Source: an uncultured bacterium (GTDB lineage Bacteria > Bacillota > Desulfotomaculia > Desulfotomaculales > Desulfallaceae). Taken from it: a DNA stretch of 64,000 bases. Position numbers and translations under genes: made by a program. The DNA lies in assembly GCA_965539975.1 (NCBI GenBank), contig CBETWA010000002.1:24244-88243 (forward strand). Reading direction: 5' to 3'. Below, piece by piece: positions 34,917 through 44,450 of this stretch. Numbering within the stretch: position 1 is the stretch's first letter; the number at the start of each line of letters is the position of its first letter. A model generated the notes under the pieces. The model was given only the letters and a program-made list of their open reading frames with translations. It did not search any database and was not told the origin of the DNA.

Positions 34917-36209
34917 ATGAGAGCACTGTACGAAAGCCTGATGTACGCGGCCAGGGCTCACGCGCGGTGGGAAATCGCGACATCCCAGGTCATCATCAGG
35001 GATCGTAAAAAACTGCTGATACTGCTTATATTATTGTTACCGGTTTTGATCCCGGCAATCGCCCATGCCGGTTCAGCGCTACCCGGGTTTATTGGCGGCA
35101 AGTCTTCTTTTGGACCTTCGTTTTTCTCGCCCACTACCTTTTACGGTTCCATATTGATCGGGGTTTGTGCCGGTCTGATTACCGGGTGTATCGGCGCCGG
35201 CGGCGGCTTCATCATTACCCCGGCATTGATGAGCCTGGGTGTCAAAGGAATCATGGCCGTAGGAACCGACATGTTCCATATTTTTGCCAAGGCCATCATG
35301 GGTACCGCGGTACACAAAAAACTTGGCAACGTGCATGTGGGCCTGGCCATCGCTTTCCTGGCCGGCTCCTTCATAGGAGTTACCGGGGGCGGCGCGCTCA
35401 ACCGGGCCATATTCAACCATAACCCGGTGGTCAGCGATTTCGTAATCAGCATGCTTTACGTGTTCATGCTGGGATTCCTGGGCTTTTACGCCCTGGCCGA
35501 CTACTTCAAAAGCAAGAAAAAGTCCGGCATCGAGATAGGCGATGCTCACGGTGGTACCGGCGGGCTGACCGCTGTAGCCAAAAAAATGCAGTCGTACAAA
35601 ATTCCGCCCATGATAACCTTCGACCAGGACATCACCCCCGGCGGAAGGAAAATTTCGGGCGTATTCGTGGCTGTATGTGGCGGTATAGTGGGATTTGTGG
35701 CCTCCATCATGGGTGTGGGGGGCGGTTTCCTGACCTTTCCAATGTTTGTGTACGGTCTGGGTGTGTCTTCCTTTACCACCGTTGGTACCGATATACTGCA
35801 GATTATCTTTACCGCTGGCTATGGCTCAATAGTTCAGTATGCTATTTACGGGTACGTCTTCTACACCCTGGCCATGGGCATGCTGGTGGGGTCTCTGCTG
35901 GGCATTCAGATTGGCGCCATCACCACCAAGGTGGTACCCGGTATTCAAATCAGGGGCTTTTACGCTGTGGCCATACTGGCCGGCTTTGTAAACAGGTTGT
36001 TCGTGCTGCCTGACAAATTGCGCATCATGGGTTACGCAAACTTTAACCAGGCAACAACCAAGTTCCTTGAAACAACGGGAACAGTTATCTTTTTCGGCCT
36101 TGTCACCATATTTGCGCTGTGGATTATCACCACTTTTGTGCGCAACGTACCCAGCCTGAGGGCCGAAGCGGCGGCAGTTAGTTCCGCTGGAAAGGGAGTG
36201 GGTAATTAA
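34917..36209 (+). CDS. TauE/SafE-family (DUF81) anion permease, long two-repeat form
   Basis: The protein is polytopic. GCIGAGGGFIITPALMSLG appears in the first half and IMGVGGGFLTFPMFVYGLG in the second. Confidence 0.75.
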   Translation: MRALYESLMYAARAHARWEIATSQVIIRDRKKLLILLILLLPVLIPAIAHAGSALPGFIGGKSSFGPSFFSPTTFYGSILIGVCAGLITGCIGAGGGFIITPALMSLGVKGIMAVGTDMFHIFAKAIMGTAVHKKLGNVHVGLAIAFLAGSFIGVTGGGALNRAIFNHNPVVSDFVISMLYVFMLGFLGFYALADYFKSKKKSGIEIGDAHGGTGGLTAVAKKMQSYKIPPMITFDQDITPGGRKISGVFVAVCGGIVGFVASIMGVGGGFLTFPMFVYGLGVSSFTTVGTDILQIIFTAGYGSIVQYAIYGYVFYTLAMGMLVGSLLGIQIGAITTKVVPGIQIRGFYAVAILAGFVNRLFVLPDKLRIMGYANFNQATTKFLETTGTVIFFGLVTIFALWIITTFVRNVPSLRAEAAAVSSAGKGVGN

Positions 36210-36919
36210 TGATTACCAATAAAAAAACTTTCACCCTTGGCATGTTGTTGCTGGTTTCCTTTTGCCTGGTTTTTGTGGCCATAATGTCGCCAATCTTCAG
36301 CGAAGGTAGAAACGGCCTGCAATACGCGGACGATATGTTTAATTCCCTGTCCAAAGGTTCCGCTTACTTCATTGATGAAGAAATCGCTAAAGCCGAAGGC
36401 TTCGTAGGCACCGTTGTGGACGTCACCCTAATCGCCGCCGACGAAACCCAGGCCGGGTTCTGGACTACCTTGTACGCCACTGCCGGCGCGGAAGCCAGCG
36501 CCACCGGTACAGAGGTATCCATCAAAGGGGATCTGGGTACTATACTCAAAGCCATACTAGCCGATTGTAACGCCATGTATTACAACAACGGCGCCCAGCT
36601 TACCAGTAGATACGGCATTGAAGCCAAGGAAGCCACATATGCATGGTACAGCTCACTCCAGGCAATGGACGAGGTGCTTAAGAACCAGCAACTTTTTACG
36701 GAATCCGCAGCGGTGAACAGCGTCATGAAAAAAGCCATTGAACCGGCATATAACTACTATGGAATAGAAATCAAAAAAGTAGCCGACTATAAAGGGATAG
36801 TGTTCTTCCTGATGGCTTTCTACCTGATTTACACCATTTGGTACGGGTTTGCCATCTACTGGATTTGTGACGGGGTTGGTATTACCATGTCCAAAGCAGC
36901 CAAAAAAGTGGAGGCTTAA
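36209..36919 (+). CDS. Hypothetical bitopic membrane protein translationally coupled to the TauE-like permease
   Basis: A TAATG overlap links it to the upstream gene. It has an N-terminal TM, an extracytoplasmic domain of about 170 aa and a C-terminal hydrophobic hairpin. I recognise no family. Confidence 0.5.
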   Translation: MITNKKTFTLGMLLLVSFCLVFVAIMSPIFSEGRNGLQYADDMFNSLSKGSAYFIDEEIAKAEGFVGTVVDVTLIAADETQAGFWTTLYATAGAEASATGTEVSIKGDLGTILKAILADCNAMYYNNGAQLTSRYGIEAKEATYAWYSSLQAMDEVLKNQQLFTESAAVNSVMKKAIEPAYNYYGIEIKKVADYKGIVFFLMAFYLIYTIWYGFAIYWICDGVGITMSKAAKKVEA

Positions 36920-36952
36920 GTTTGAAGTTGAAATTAGAAAATCAAGCAATAT

Positions 36953-36990
36953 AAACGCCGCGGCCAATTACTCGCCGCGGCGTTTATGTG
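36953..36990 (+). terminator. Rho-independent terminator
   Basis: An 11-bp stem (AAACGCCGCGG / CCGCGGCGTTT) is followed by ATGTGTT. Confidence 0.75.
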
Positions 36991-36994
36991 TTAT

Positions 36995-38870
36995 AACACT
37001 ATTTTGTTATATAATTTGCTGGTCTTTAGACAGGCCAAGGGCTGTTAAAATTTCTTCTTGTACCGGCGACAAGCTGGTTACAGATTTAATTTCCCGGTCA
37101 TCCAGCTGGTTAACGGCTACTTTAACATCTTCAAGTAGGCTAATGGCTTGCCGGATATCCAGGTCAAGACCTGCTTGATCAATCATTCTCTCCATGATTT
37201 TTTCCAGCATGGCCCCCAAAACACATATAAACAAGTTGGCGGAAATCTTTAGCTCGGCGTAGAGAAGGTTTTGCCAGGGTTCAAAGTTTTTTATTTCCCT
37301 GAAAGAATCACTCAAAATTGCCAGGTTGGTGTAAGTTTTAACAATTTCGCCGGCACTGAGGGATTGGTTATTTGTTTCCAGCAGCAATGACCCGGCCAAT
37401 CCGCTTTCACGTTCTATCAGGTCTTCCCGCCGGCGGTAAGCCAGTTCCAGGGAGGATTCGTTGTAATGCCAGTCGAAATACTTGCGGAAATGATCGTCCT
37501 TAAACAGAGGTATGTTTCTTGTTTTGTTAAAAAGGTTGCCGGCTATATTCTTTTGAATTTCTTTTAACTCGTTTTCTATCACATCAAGGCGTTCCCTCAA
37601 CAACACGCGGGTTTGCTCGGCAACCCCGGGGCTATAACATAACAAATACCACCTGGCATCTCCGCTTTTTATTTCCTTGAACCACAAATCCTCTTCTACT
37701 TCCTGGAAACCTTTTGGATAAGCATTTAGTTCTACGGCAATCAAGTCTTTCTCCCATTCGGTCATGTCCTTTCGCCCTATGATATAATCGTACCCCTGGG
37801 CTACAAGAATTTCCAAACCGGGGTTATTAATCACACTGCGGTCACCCACGAAAATGCATTTGTCCGCGCCAAAAGAATTCTTAGCGTGGTCCAGGATGCT
37901 TTTATATTCCCAATCCTCGGCAATTTCCCGCAGCATATCATACCCCAGCGGCACACCGTCCCGGCTGACTAGCAAGCCGAAGTTAACCTGTTGCAGCTCC
38001 TTTGGTTCTCCAAGAACATACTTGCCGTAAGGAGTTAAATTGAACTCTTCGCGGGGAGCGGGTTCTATAGTCCCTGTTGCCAGCTTGCAAAAAACCAAAT
38101 CGGAGTCAACATGAATGATCTTGCGTAAATTCGTGTAAATATTCTTTTCCAGCTCTTCTTTAAATTCGGCAACAATATCCAGTGCGCGGTAAAAATGATG
38201 TGGTGACAACTCTTTTCCTTCCAGTTCCGGCAAGTAAAGACAGCGATACCAATCACTAATGGCTTGCTTGTGTTGAGGTTTTATTATTTGGTTGATGGCC
38301 ATGAGTTCTACCAATAGCGCGATGTTTATACCATCATCGCTGGACGAATCAACAACTTTGTTGATAATTTGTTCTGCACCTAGCAATTGCCAAGCTTTAT
38401 GTATTGCTAGAACTTCACCATAACGAAGTATTTTTTTGGTTTCCAATCTCTTGGTATAATCAGGCAACCCACAAATTCTGGACAAACCCTTAATTAAACC
38501 GTTTACTTTATCCGGTGTAAGCTTATCGAGACTTCCAAAATTGGCTATAACACGCTGCTTTACCTTTTTACCGTCTCTGTAATTTTCAATCAGTTTAAGG
38601 TAGGTATATTCCTTGCCGTTGCTTTTGCTGGTTACCTTTCGGAAGAACATAAATATCACCACCCCTGACAAAAGTTTTCCGCAGTCGGTTTGATTAAATT
38701 TTTCTCTCTACTCTTTTTCTCTCTCATCTTCTTTTTGTCAAACACTTTTTAAGTCTTTTATCTGTGCATGTACTATAATTCACTAACTGAATGACAAATT
38801 GGGTAGTTAGTTAAACTATATCATATATTGGCCGATTGTGCAATTTCCTCGGTGCCTTGTTACGTTTTTT
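36995..38870 (-). mobile_element. IS1634-family (IS4-like) insertion sequence; ends not resolved
   Basis: A single large transposase ORF lies in a lower-GC segment between a terminator and the DASS permease gene. I could not find convincing terminal inverted repeats by eye, so the boundaries are approximate. Confidence 0.55.
37007..38650 (-). CDS. IS1634-family DDE transposase
   Basis: The N-terminus FRKVTSKSNGKEYTYLKLIENYRDGKKVKQRVIANFGSL is characteristic. The ATG at 38650 after GGGGTGGTG is preferred. Confidence 0.85.
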   Translation of the reverse strand: MFFRKVTSKSNGKEYTYLKLIENYRDGKKVKQRVIANFGSLDKLTPDKVNGLIKGLSRICGLPDYTKRLETKKILRYGEVLAIHKAWQLLGAEQIINKVVDSSSDDGINIALLVELMAINQIIKPQHKQAISDWYRCLYLPELEGKELSPHHFYRALDIVAEFKEELEKNIYTNLRKIIHVDSDLVFCKLATGTIEPAPREEFNLTPYGKYVLGEPKELQQVNFGLLVSRDGVPLGYDMLREIAEDWEYKSILDHAKNSFGADKCIFVGDRSVINNPGLEILVAQGYDYIIGRKDMTEWEKDLIAVELNAYPKGFQEVEEDLWFKEIKSGDARWYLLCYSPGVAEQTRVLLRERLDVIENELKEIQKNIAGNLFNKTRNIPLFKDDHFRKYFDWHYNESSLELAYRRREDLIERESGLAGSLLLETNNQSLSAGEIVKTYTNLAILSDSFREIKNFEPWQNLLYAELKISANLFICVLGAMLEKIMERMIDQAGLDLDIRQAISLLEDVKVAVNQLDDREIKSVTSLSPVQEEILTALGLSKDQQII

Positions 38871-38886
38871 TACTTATGTAAAATAT

Positions 38887-40398
38887 TTACCAAACCCCCA
38901 CTGCAAACCACCAAAGCCCCGCAAGCCCCATTATTGAAAGAACCAGTGAGATTATGAAAAGAACACTACCGGCCTTTAAAAAGTCGGAAGCCTTTAAAAA
39001 ACCCGGCCCGTAAACGATGGCGTTGGCAGGAGTGGCAATGATCAGCATAAAGGAAAAAGCGGCACCAAGGGAAGTAGCCACTCCTATGGCCAGCGGCGAA
39101 GTGCCGGCCAGTTCCGCTACCTTGATAAAAACAGGCCCCAGCAAGGCAACGGCGGGACCATCGGCCATGGTATTGGTGACAAGGGCGGTAATAGTGGTGG
39201 TTACAGCTAACAAAGGCAGTCCTTTGGTTATACCGAAGGCCGTTGCGGCATACAAAAGTTTTTGCGCCAGCCACGCGGCAGCTCCGGTAGATACCAGCAT
39301 TTTTCCCATGGATACGGCGCCGGCGTAAAGGACTACAACACCCCACTGCGTCTTTTGCTGCAGGTAATTCCAGTCCACCAGCCGCAAAAGCGCCGCCAGT
39401 ATAATGCCAATCATGGCAATGTTCCCTACTCCAAGCTGCCGGCTGAATAATACCCATCCCAAAACCACACCTAAAAATATCGCCAGGGCCATTTTGCCCT
39501 GACGGGTCATCGGCCCATCGGCGTTTAGCTCCTGCTGGATTCTTTCCAGGACATCCTTCAAATCGTCAACCTCGGGTTTAAAAAGTCTCAATAACCAGTA
39601 CGTAACAATAGGTATCAAAACCAGAGTCAAAGGAAAGGCCATAATCGCCCACTGACCGTAACTAACGTGAATGCCTATACCACTTAAAAAACTCAGCATC
39701 AGCGCATTACGGGCACCGCCGGACGGGGTGGCAACACCGCCGATAATAACACCGTAAGCGATGGCCAGCATCATAAGTTTACCAAGCTTGGGCACCTTTT
39801 TTATCCCACCGCTCAGAGAAACAATACCCACTCCAATGGGAAACATGATTGTAACTGCGGCGTGTTCGGTGATAAAAGCCGCGCTAATGGCGCAAAAGGT
39901 CACTATTCCCAAAACAACCCTGTCAATCCGGGTTCCTGATATTTTAAGAATCTGAAGGGCGACTTTGTTGTGAATATTATATTTGACCAGCATTGCGCCA
40001 AGCATAAGCACTCCCATGATAAAAACAACGGCATCGTCCATAAAGGTGCGCGAAACTTCCTGAAAACTGCTTAAGCCTGCCACAACCTGGTATACGCCGA
40101 TAATCATGGCGGTAACCGGTAGCGGAACCGCTTCGGTTAAAAAGCATATCACTATGAATATCCAAAGACCAATGGCATACTTACCCTCATTGGATAACCC
40201 GTGCGGAGTCGGCATCAGCAATATGGCCAAAAATAAGACTATGCCAAGCAACAACCACTTTCTATCTTTTAAAAGACCGGCTAGTTTTCCACGAAACCCT
40301 CCACCTCCCGGTGGCTCGCCGGGCACCTGCATTTGAAATTCTTCATGTTTGGCCTTTTTTTTATAACTTCGTATATCAAAAACTTTATTCTTGCTCAC
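38887..40398 (-). CDS. DASS/SLC13-type (ArsB/NhaD superfamily) anion:cation symporter
   Basis: The ~500-aa polytopic protein has an internal repeat architecture. AIAYGVIIGGVATPSGGARN and SFMLIIATPANAIVYG are hairpin-like SNT/PAN motifs. Confidence 0.75.
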   Translation of the reverse strand: MSKNKVFDIRSYKKKAKHEEFQMQVPGEPPGGGGFRGKLAGLLKDRKWLLLGIVLFLAILLMPTPHGLSNEGKYAIGLWIFIVICFLTEAVPLPVTAMIIGVYQVVAGLSSFQEVSRTFMDDAVVFIMGVLMLGAMLVKYNIHNKVALQILKISGTRIDRVVLGIVTFCAISAAFITEHAAVTIMFPIGVGIVSLSGGIKKVPKLGKLMMLAIAYGVIIGGVATPSGGARNALMLSFLSGIGIHVSYGQWAIMAFPLTLVLIPIVTYWLLRLFKPEVDDLKDVLERIQQELNADGPMTRQGKMALAIFLGVVLGWVLFSRQLGVGNIAMIGIILAALLRLVDWNYLQQKTQWGVVVLYAGAVSMGKMLVSTGAAAWLAQKLLYAATAFGITKGLPLLAVTTTITALVTNTMADGPAVALLGPVFIKVAELAGTSPLAIGVATSLGAAFSFMLIIATPANAIVYGPGFLKASDFLKAGSVLFIISLVLSIMGLAGLWWFAVGVW

Positions 40399-40482
40399 GC
40401 GCTCACCCGCTTGGAAATATGTGAAATAATTGACTCACTTAATTGTTTTTATATTGTACCTTAATTCCTATTAAAAAAAAAT

Positions 40483-40885
40483 CTCTACCCACAAAATACT
40501 CTTGAGTGCGGGTATACCTGTTCCGGTGGAGCGACTTGCAGGAGCGCCGGTAACGGCACCCGGCGCAGCGAGGTTAAAAAACCGGACGAGCGAACGTGAT
40601 GTTCGCGAAAGCCTTCCCCGAACCGCAGATGGCGAGTTTATGGCGGTCCGGTTTCGGAAAGCGATCAGGGGACATACCTCCTCTTTAGGGTCTAATCTTT
40701 GGGGCCAAAGGTATGTCCCCAGCGTATAAGCCGCTGGTGCCGCCGGCGCAGGAGTTTTTAAAGGCAGTGGTGGTTTTTGCCCGTCAATATGTTCTTATCC
40801 TCACCAATGGTGCTGCTACTGTAGTGCGTAACCTGTTTAGAAAAAGCGAGACGGAACAGGTATACCCACGTGTACTTTTATCCTT
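40483..40885 (+). repeat. Structured multicopy element, copy R3 (full length; type copy)
   Basis: The core runs from 40510 GGGTATACCTGTTCCGG to CGGAACAGGTATACCC at 40867, with conserved outer flanks of about 20-30 nt. It is intergenic. Confidence 0.85.
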
Positions 40886-40995
40886 GTACCAACGCCCGGC
40901 ATCACTTGCGAGAATATAATTCCCTTTGTAACAATAAAAAAGAGACTGCAAATAGCAGCCCCTGCATGTTTAACAAATTATATTTTTATTTTGCT

Positions 40996-41442
40996 TCAGG
41001 AAACAAACCTGTAGCCCGCTGAAAAATGCATCATGTACATTGGGCCGTCCATTTCCCAATATCCCTGCGGCGGCGCGGATGTGCGGGTGACCGAATGCAC
41101 AGAAAACCTGCATCTACTTATCACCGCAGATGAGCAATTTTTCACCGGAATTTTCTCACCGGGCCTTATCATCAGGTAGTTACCCCGGTAACCGGTACGT
41201 TCAAATATGCAAACATAAAAATCACCAGCTTCTATAAAGGTAACCGGACTCATATTTTGAAAACTTCTGATGGCGGTATTTTGCACCAGTTTATATGAAA
41301 ATTCACCGTGCCATATACGGGCGTGATTTACAGTTCCCGGTGTTTTAAAAAAACTCTCAATTAATTTTGCAAGCCTGTTAATCCCCGGTACCGGCGCCCA
41401 GTATAACCCTTTTTCGCCTGTTTCAGAGATGGCGGACATCAT
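40996..41442 (-). CDS. Hypothetical protein (possible beta/gamma-crystallin-like Greek-key motif)
   Basis: I prefer the ATG at 41442, 5 nt after GGAGG. FERTGYRG fits the F/YxxxxYxG signature. I recognise no other homology. Confidence 0.45.
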   Translation of the reverse strand: MMSAISETGEKGLYWAPVPGINRLAKLIESFFKTPGTVNHARIWHGEFSYKLVQNTAIRSFQNMSPVTFIEAGDFYVCIFERTGYRGNYLMIRPGEKIPVKNCSSAVISRCRFSVHSVTRTSAPPQGYWEMDGPMYMMHFSAGYRFVS

Positions 41443-41841
41443 ACATACCTCCTCGGTTAAAATAATAACCTTCTTATGACAAATCGGCACGTGAAAAACG
41501 TTCAAAGGGCAAAAAATACACCTGAAATACCATAGTTTTTGGGGAGTTTTTCACAAAAAACAATCTGCACAAAAATTTTTTCAGCAGAGCATGTGAATTA
41601 TTGCACTATCCCCTAACATCAAGTATAATGAACATATAGATAGAAAGGCAGGCGCAAAAATTAGGCTAAAAGCAACTGTCAAATTATAAAAGAGGAGGTG
41701 AAACATGCAAGTATAACCAAACTGTCGTCACCACAAGGTTGTCACTACGAGGTTATAAGTTTCGAAACAATGCACAAATATTCAGAAAACAAAACAAGAG
41801 GGTACGCCCATAAGCTGGCCGCCACCAGTTTGGCACGCTCC

Positions 41842-41876
41842 CTCTTACCACAAAAAAACAAAAACATAACCGACTG
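41842..41876 (+). repeat. 35-nt A-rich leader motif, copy 2 of 2
   Basis: The sequence is CTCTTACCACAAAAAAACAAAAACATAACCGACTG. Confidence 0.6.
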
Positions 41877-42069
41877 CTCCCACTTGTCAGGGGAACAATT
41901 TAATTCAAATTAAACCACAACCTATAGTCGTGCCAAAGAACCTTTAGCATTGGGCACTACTTTACTTTAACTTATTCTATCATAAAACATACCCCCTGGC
42001 AACAAATAAATAAAAAATTGTCACCACTTAACTGTTAATGTGTGGTGACAAGAAGGGGGTTATCCCAAT

Positions 42070-42630
42070 ATGGAGAATTTCAAGGAAAAAAAAGTCGGAG
42101 ATATTATGATTCCGATATATGAATACCCGTTAATTTCTTCGGAGGCTACACTGAAAACTGTCCTGCGCATTATGAACGAATTATGGCAGGCAAAGACAAA
42201 CAAACCCAAAACCGGCCGTCGCCATGTTGTGGTTCTCGAAGATAATACACCTGTAGGCATTTTTGGCATCAACGAAATGCTTAAAGCCATTGAACCTCAA
42301 TTCATGGAGGTGACCTCCATGGGTATGCGATTTGCCGTATCATCGGTACCGGTTTTCTGGGACGGCCTTTTTACCGAACGTTGCAGAGAACTGGCAAATA
42401 TCAAGATTAAAGAATTTGCAACTCCGTTTGAACACCATGTAAACGCGAACGATTCCCTGCTCAGGGCTTCCTGTTATATGATCAGGTATAATGTAGACTC
42501 CCTGCCGGTTAAAAATAATGACCGGCTGGTGGGAATAGTGCTGAACGAGGATATTTTCAAGGAAATATCCAACCTGGTTGTAAGCATCGACTCCCATTCA
42601 GATGCCGGTGACCTTGCAAGGGCTAACTAA
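42070..42630 (+). CDS. CBS-domain pair protein
   Basis: There are two CBS-like modules: VGDIMIP...ATLKTVLRIM...VVVLEDNTPVGIFGINEMLKAI, and IKEFATP...LLRASCYMIRYNVDSLPVKNNDRLVGIV. Confidence 0.7.
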   Translation: MENFKEKKVGDIMIPIYEYPLISSEATLKTVLRIMNELWQAKTNKPKTGRRHVVVLEDNTPVGIFGINEMLKAIEPQFMEVTSMGMRFAVSSVPVFWDGLFTERCRELANIKIKEFATPFEHHVNANDSLLRASCYMIRYNVDSLPVKNNDRLVGIVLNEDIFKEISNLVVSIDSHSDAGDLARAN

Positions 42631-42743
42631 AATTAATATGTATTGAAGGACGATGAACCCGCCCCCGCTCCTTGAATTACCAGCCCGCCATTTTTACCGG
42701 TCGTTGTGCCGGAACAGGCGGGCTTTTTGACAGGCAGCGCGTT

Positions 42744-44450
42744 TTAGTAGCTGATAGCCGCCTCCAGCTTGCGGGCGATTTTTCCCAAGCCGGGGGCGGC
42801 ATTTAACAGCATCCGGGTGTACTCTTCCCGCGGGCGAGCGGTGATTTCCCCTGCCGGGCCTTCCTCCACCACCCGGCCGGCCAGCATCACGGCGATGCGG
42901 TCCGATACCTTGCGGGCCAGGGCTATATCATGGGTTATGAAAAGCATGGCCAGCCCCCGTTTTTCCTGCAAGTTGAGCAACAGCTTCAGCACCTTGGCTT
43001 GCACGCTGGGATCCAGCGCCGAAGTAGGCTCGTCCGCAATCAACACCGCGGGGTCCAGCGCCAGCGCCCGGGCAATGGTCACCCGCTGGATTTCACCGCC
43101 GCTCAGGTGGTGCGGGTAAGTGTTCAGGAATTCATCGCCCGAAGGTAGTTCCACCTCTTCCAGGCATTGTTTGACTTTTTCCAACCTCTCTTCCAAAGTT
43201 CCTATTCCCTGCACGTCCAGTGGCTCCCGTACCGCGTCCAGCACCGTGGCCCGGTGGTTTATGGCGTCTGCGGGGTTTTGAAAAACCATCTGCACCCGGC
43301 GGTAAAAATGTTTATCCCGCTTTTTCACCGGCACACCGTCCAGCTTTATCGTGCCCGCAGTGGGCAATTCCAGCCCCATGACGGACCGGGCCAGGGTGCT
43401 TTTGCCCGAACCGCTGGCGCCGACCAGGGCCACAGTTTCACCCTCGTACAGGGTTAAATCCACGCCGTCCACCGCCCGCACGGTGCCGAAGTATTTCTTC
43501 AATCCCTGCACCTCAAGCACCGGTACGATACCGCCCCGGTGACAGGCCAGCAGGCGGTCACGGCGTTTAACCAGCCCGGGTACCTCCGCTGAGCACAGGG
43601 GTAGGGCCTGGGTGCAACGGTTGTGGAAACGGCATCCCGGTATGCCCCTTATGGTTCGCCCCTTGATCCCCAGCAGGTCCTTGGTGGTGGTCATGTCGGG
43701 GTAGCAGCGCAGAAGGCCCCGGGTATACGGGTGCCGGGGAGCGCCCAGCACCGCCGGCGAAGGCCCCGCCTCCACCGCCACACCGTTATACAGCACCAGC
43801 ACGCTGTCCGCCAGTGCCGATGCGGAAGAAATGTCATGCGTCACCAGCAGCATCGCCCGGTCGCGGCCCACCCCGCGAAGCAGGTCCAGTACCTGAGCCC
43901 GGTTTATGGCATCCAGGGATGCCGTTGGCTCGTCCAGAACCAGCAGGTCCGGGTCATTTACCAGGGCCATGGCAATCATGACCCGCTGTTTTTCGCCGCC
44001 GCTGAGCTGGTGGGGATACAACCCGTACCTGGCTGGTTCCAGACCTGTCTTTTCCAGAAGCCTGGCGGCGTGCCGCCGCGCCTCCTGTATGTTCATACGC
44101 CCGTGTTCCACCGCGGGTTCGGCCACCTGGTCGATAACCGGCAAAACGGGGTTCAGTGCCCCGGAAACGTTTTGAAATACATAAGAAATCTTGTTCCAAC
44201 GGATGCTTTTCAGGTTTTTCTCATCAAGAGACAAAACATCCACGCCGTCCAGCATCACCCGCCCGTTAATTTTGCCCGGCACCAGCCGGGCCAGTGCCAG
44301 GGCCAGGGTGGTCTTGCCCGCCCCCGATTCACCCACCACGGCCAGCGTCTCGCCCCGGCGGATGTTCAGGTTCAACCCTTCCAGCACCGGTTCCCCGCCG
44401 TAGGATACGCTCAAATCCCGTACATCCAGCAATACTTGGCCGAAAGCCAT
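42744..44450 (-). CDS. Fused double ATPase of a peptide/nickel-type (DppD-DppF-like) ABC importer
   Basis: There are two full ABC cassettes (GESGAGKTT...LSGGEKQRVMIA and GASGSGKST...LSGGEIQRVTIA). The ATG at 44450 overlaps the permease stop. The track extension to 44858 is rejected. Confidence 0.9.
   Translation of the reverse strand: MAFGQVLLDVRDLSVSYGGEPVLEGLNLNIRRGETLAVVGESGAGKTTLALALARLVPGKINGRVMLDGVDVLSLDEKNLKSIRWNKISYVFQNVSGALNPVLPVIDQVAEPAVEHGRMNIQEARRHAARLLEKTGLEPARYGLYPHQLSGGEKQRVMIAMALVNDPDLLVLDEPTASLDAINRAQVLDLLRGVGRDRAMLLVTHDISSASALADSVLVLYNGVAVEAGPSPAVLGAPRHPYTRGLLRCYPDMTTTKDLLGIKGRTIRGIPGCRFHNRCTQALPLCSAEVPGLVKRRDRLLACHRGGIVPVLEVQGLKKYFGTVRAVDGVDLTLYEGETVALVGASGSGKSTLARSVMGLELPTAGTIKLDGVPVKKRDKHFYRRVQMVFQNPADAINHRATVLDAVREPLDVQGIGTLEERLEKVKQCLEEVELPSGDEFLNTYPHHLSGGEIQRVTIARALALDPAVLIADEPTSALDPSVQAKVLKLLLNLQEKRGLAMLFITHDIALARKVSDRIAVMLAGRVVEEGPAGEITARPREEYTRMLLNAAPGLGKIARKLEAAISY

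Noticed and set aside
40505-40520. A group II intron 5' boundary (GUGCG) at the start of element copy R3.
   Set aside because: GTGCG is present only in this copy; the others have ATATG, TAGTG or GTTTA. I could not find a domain V-like 34-nt hairpin with an AGC triad or a bulged-A domain VI. There is no RT ORF.
40510-40867. A self-cleaving ribozyme (hammerhead-type) within the repeat.
   Set aside because: CGAAAC is present, but there is no CUGAUGA box on either strand. Other ribozyme classes cannot be judged by eye, so this is left as a check and not claimed.
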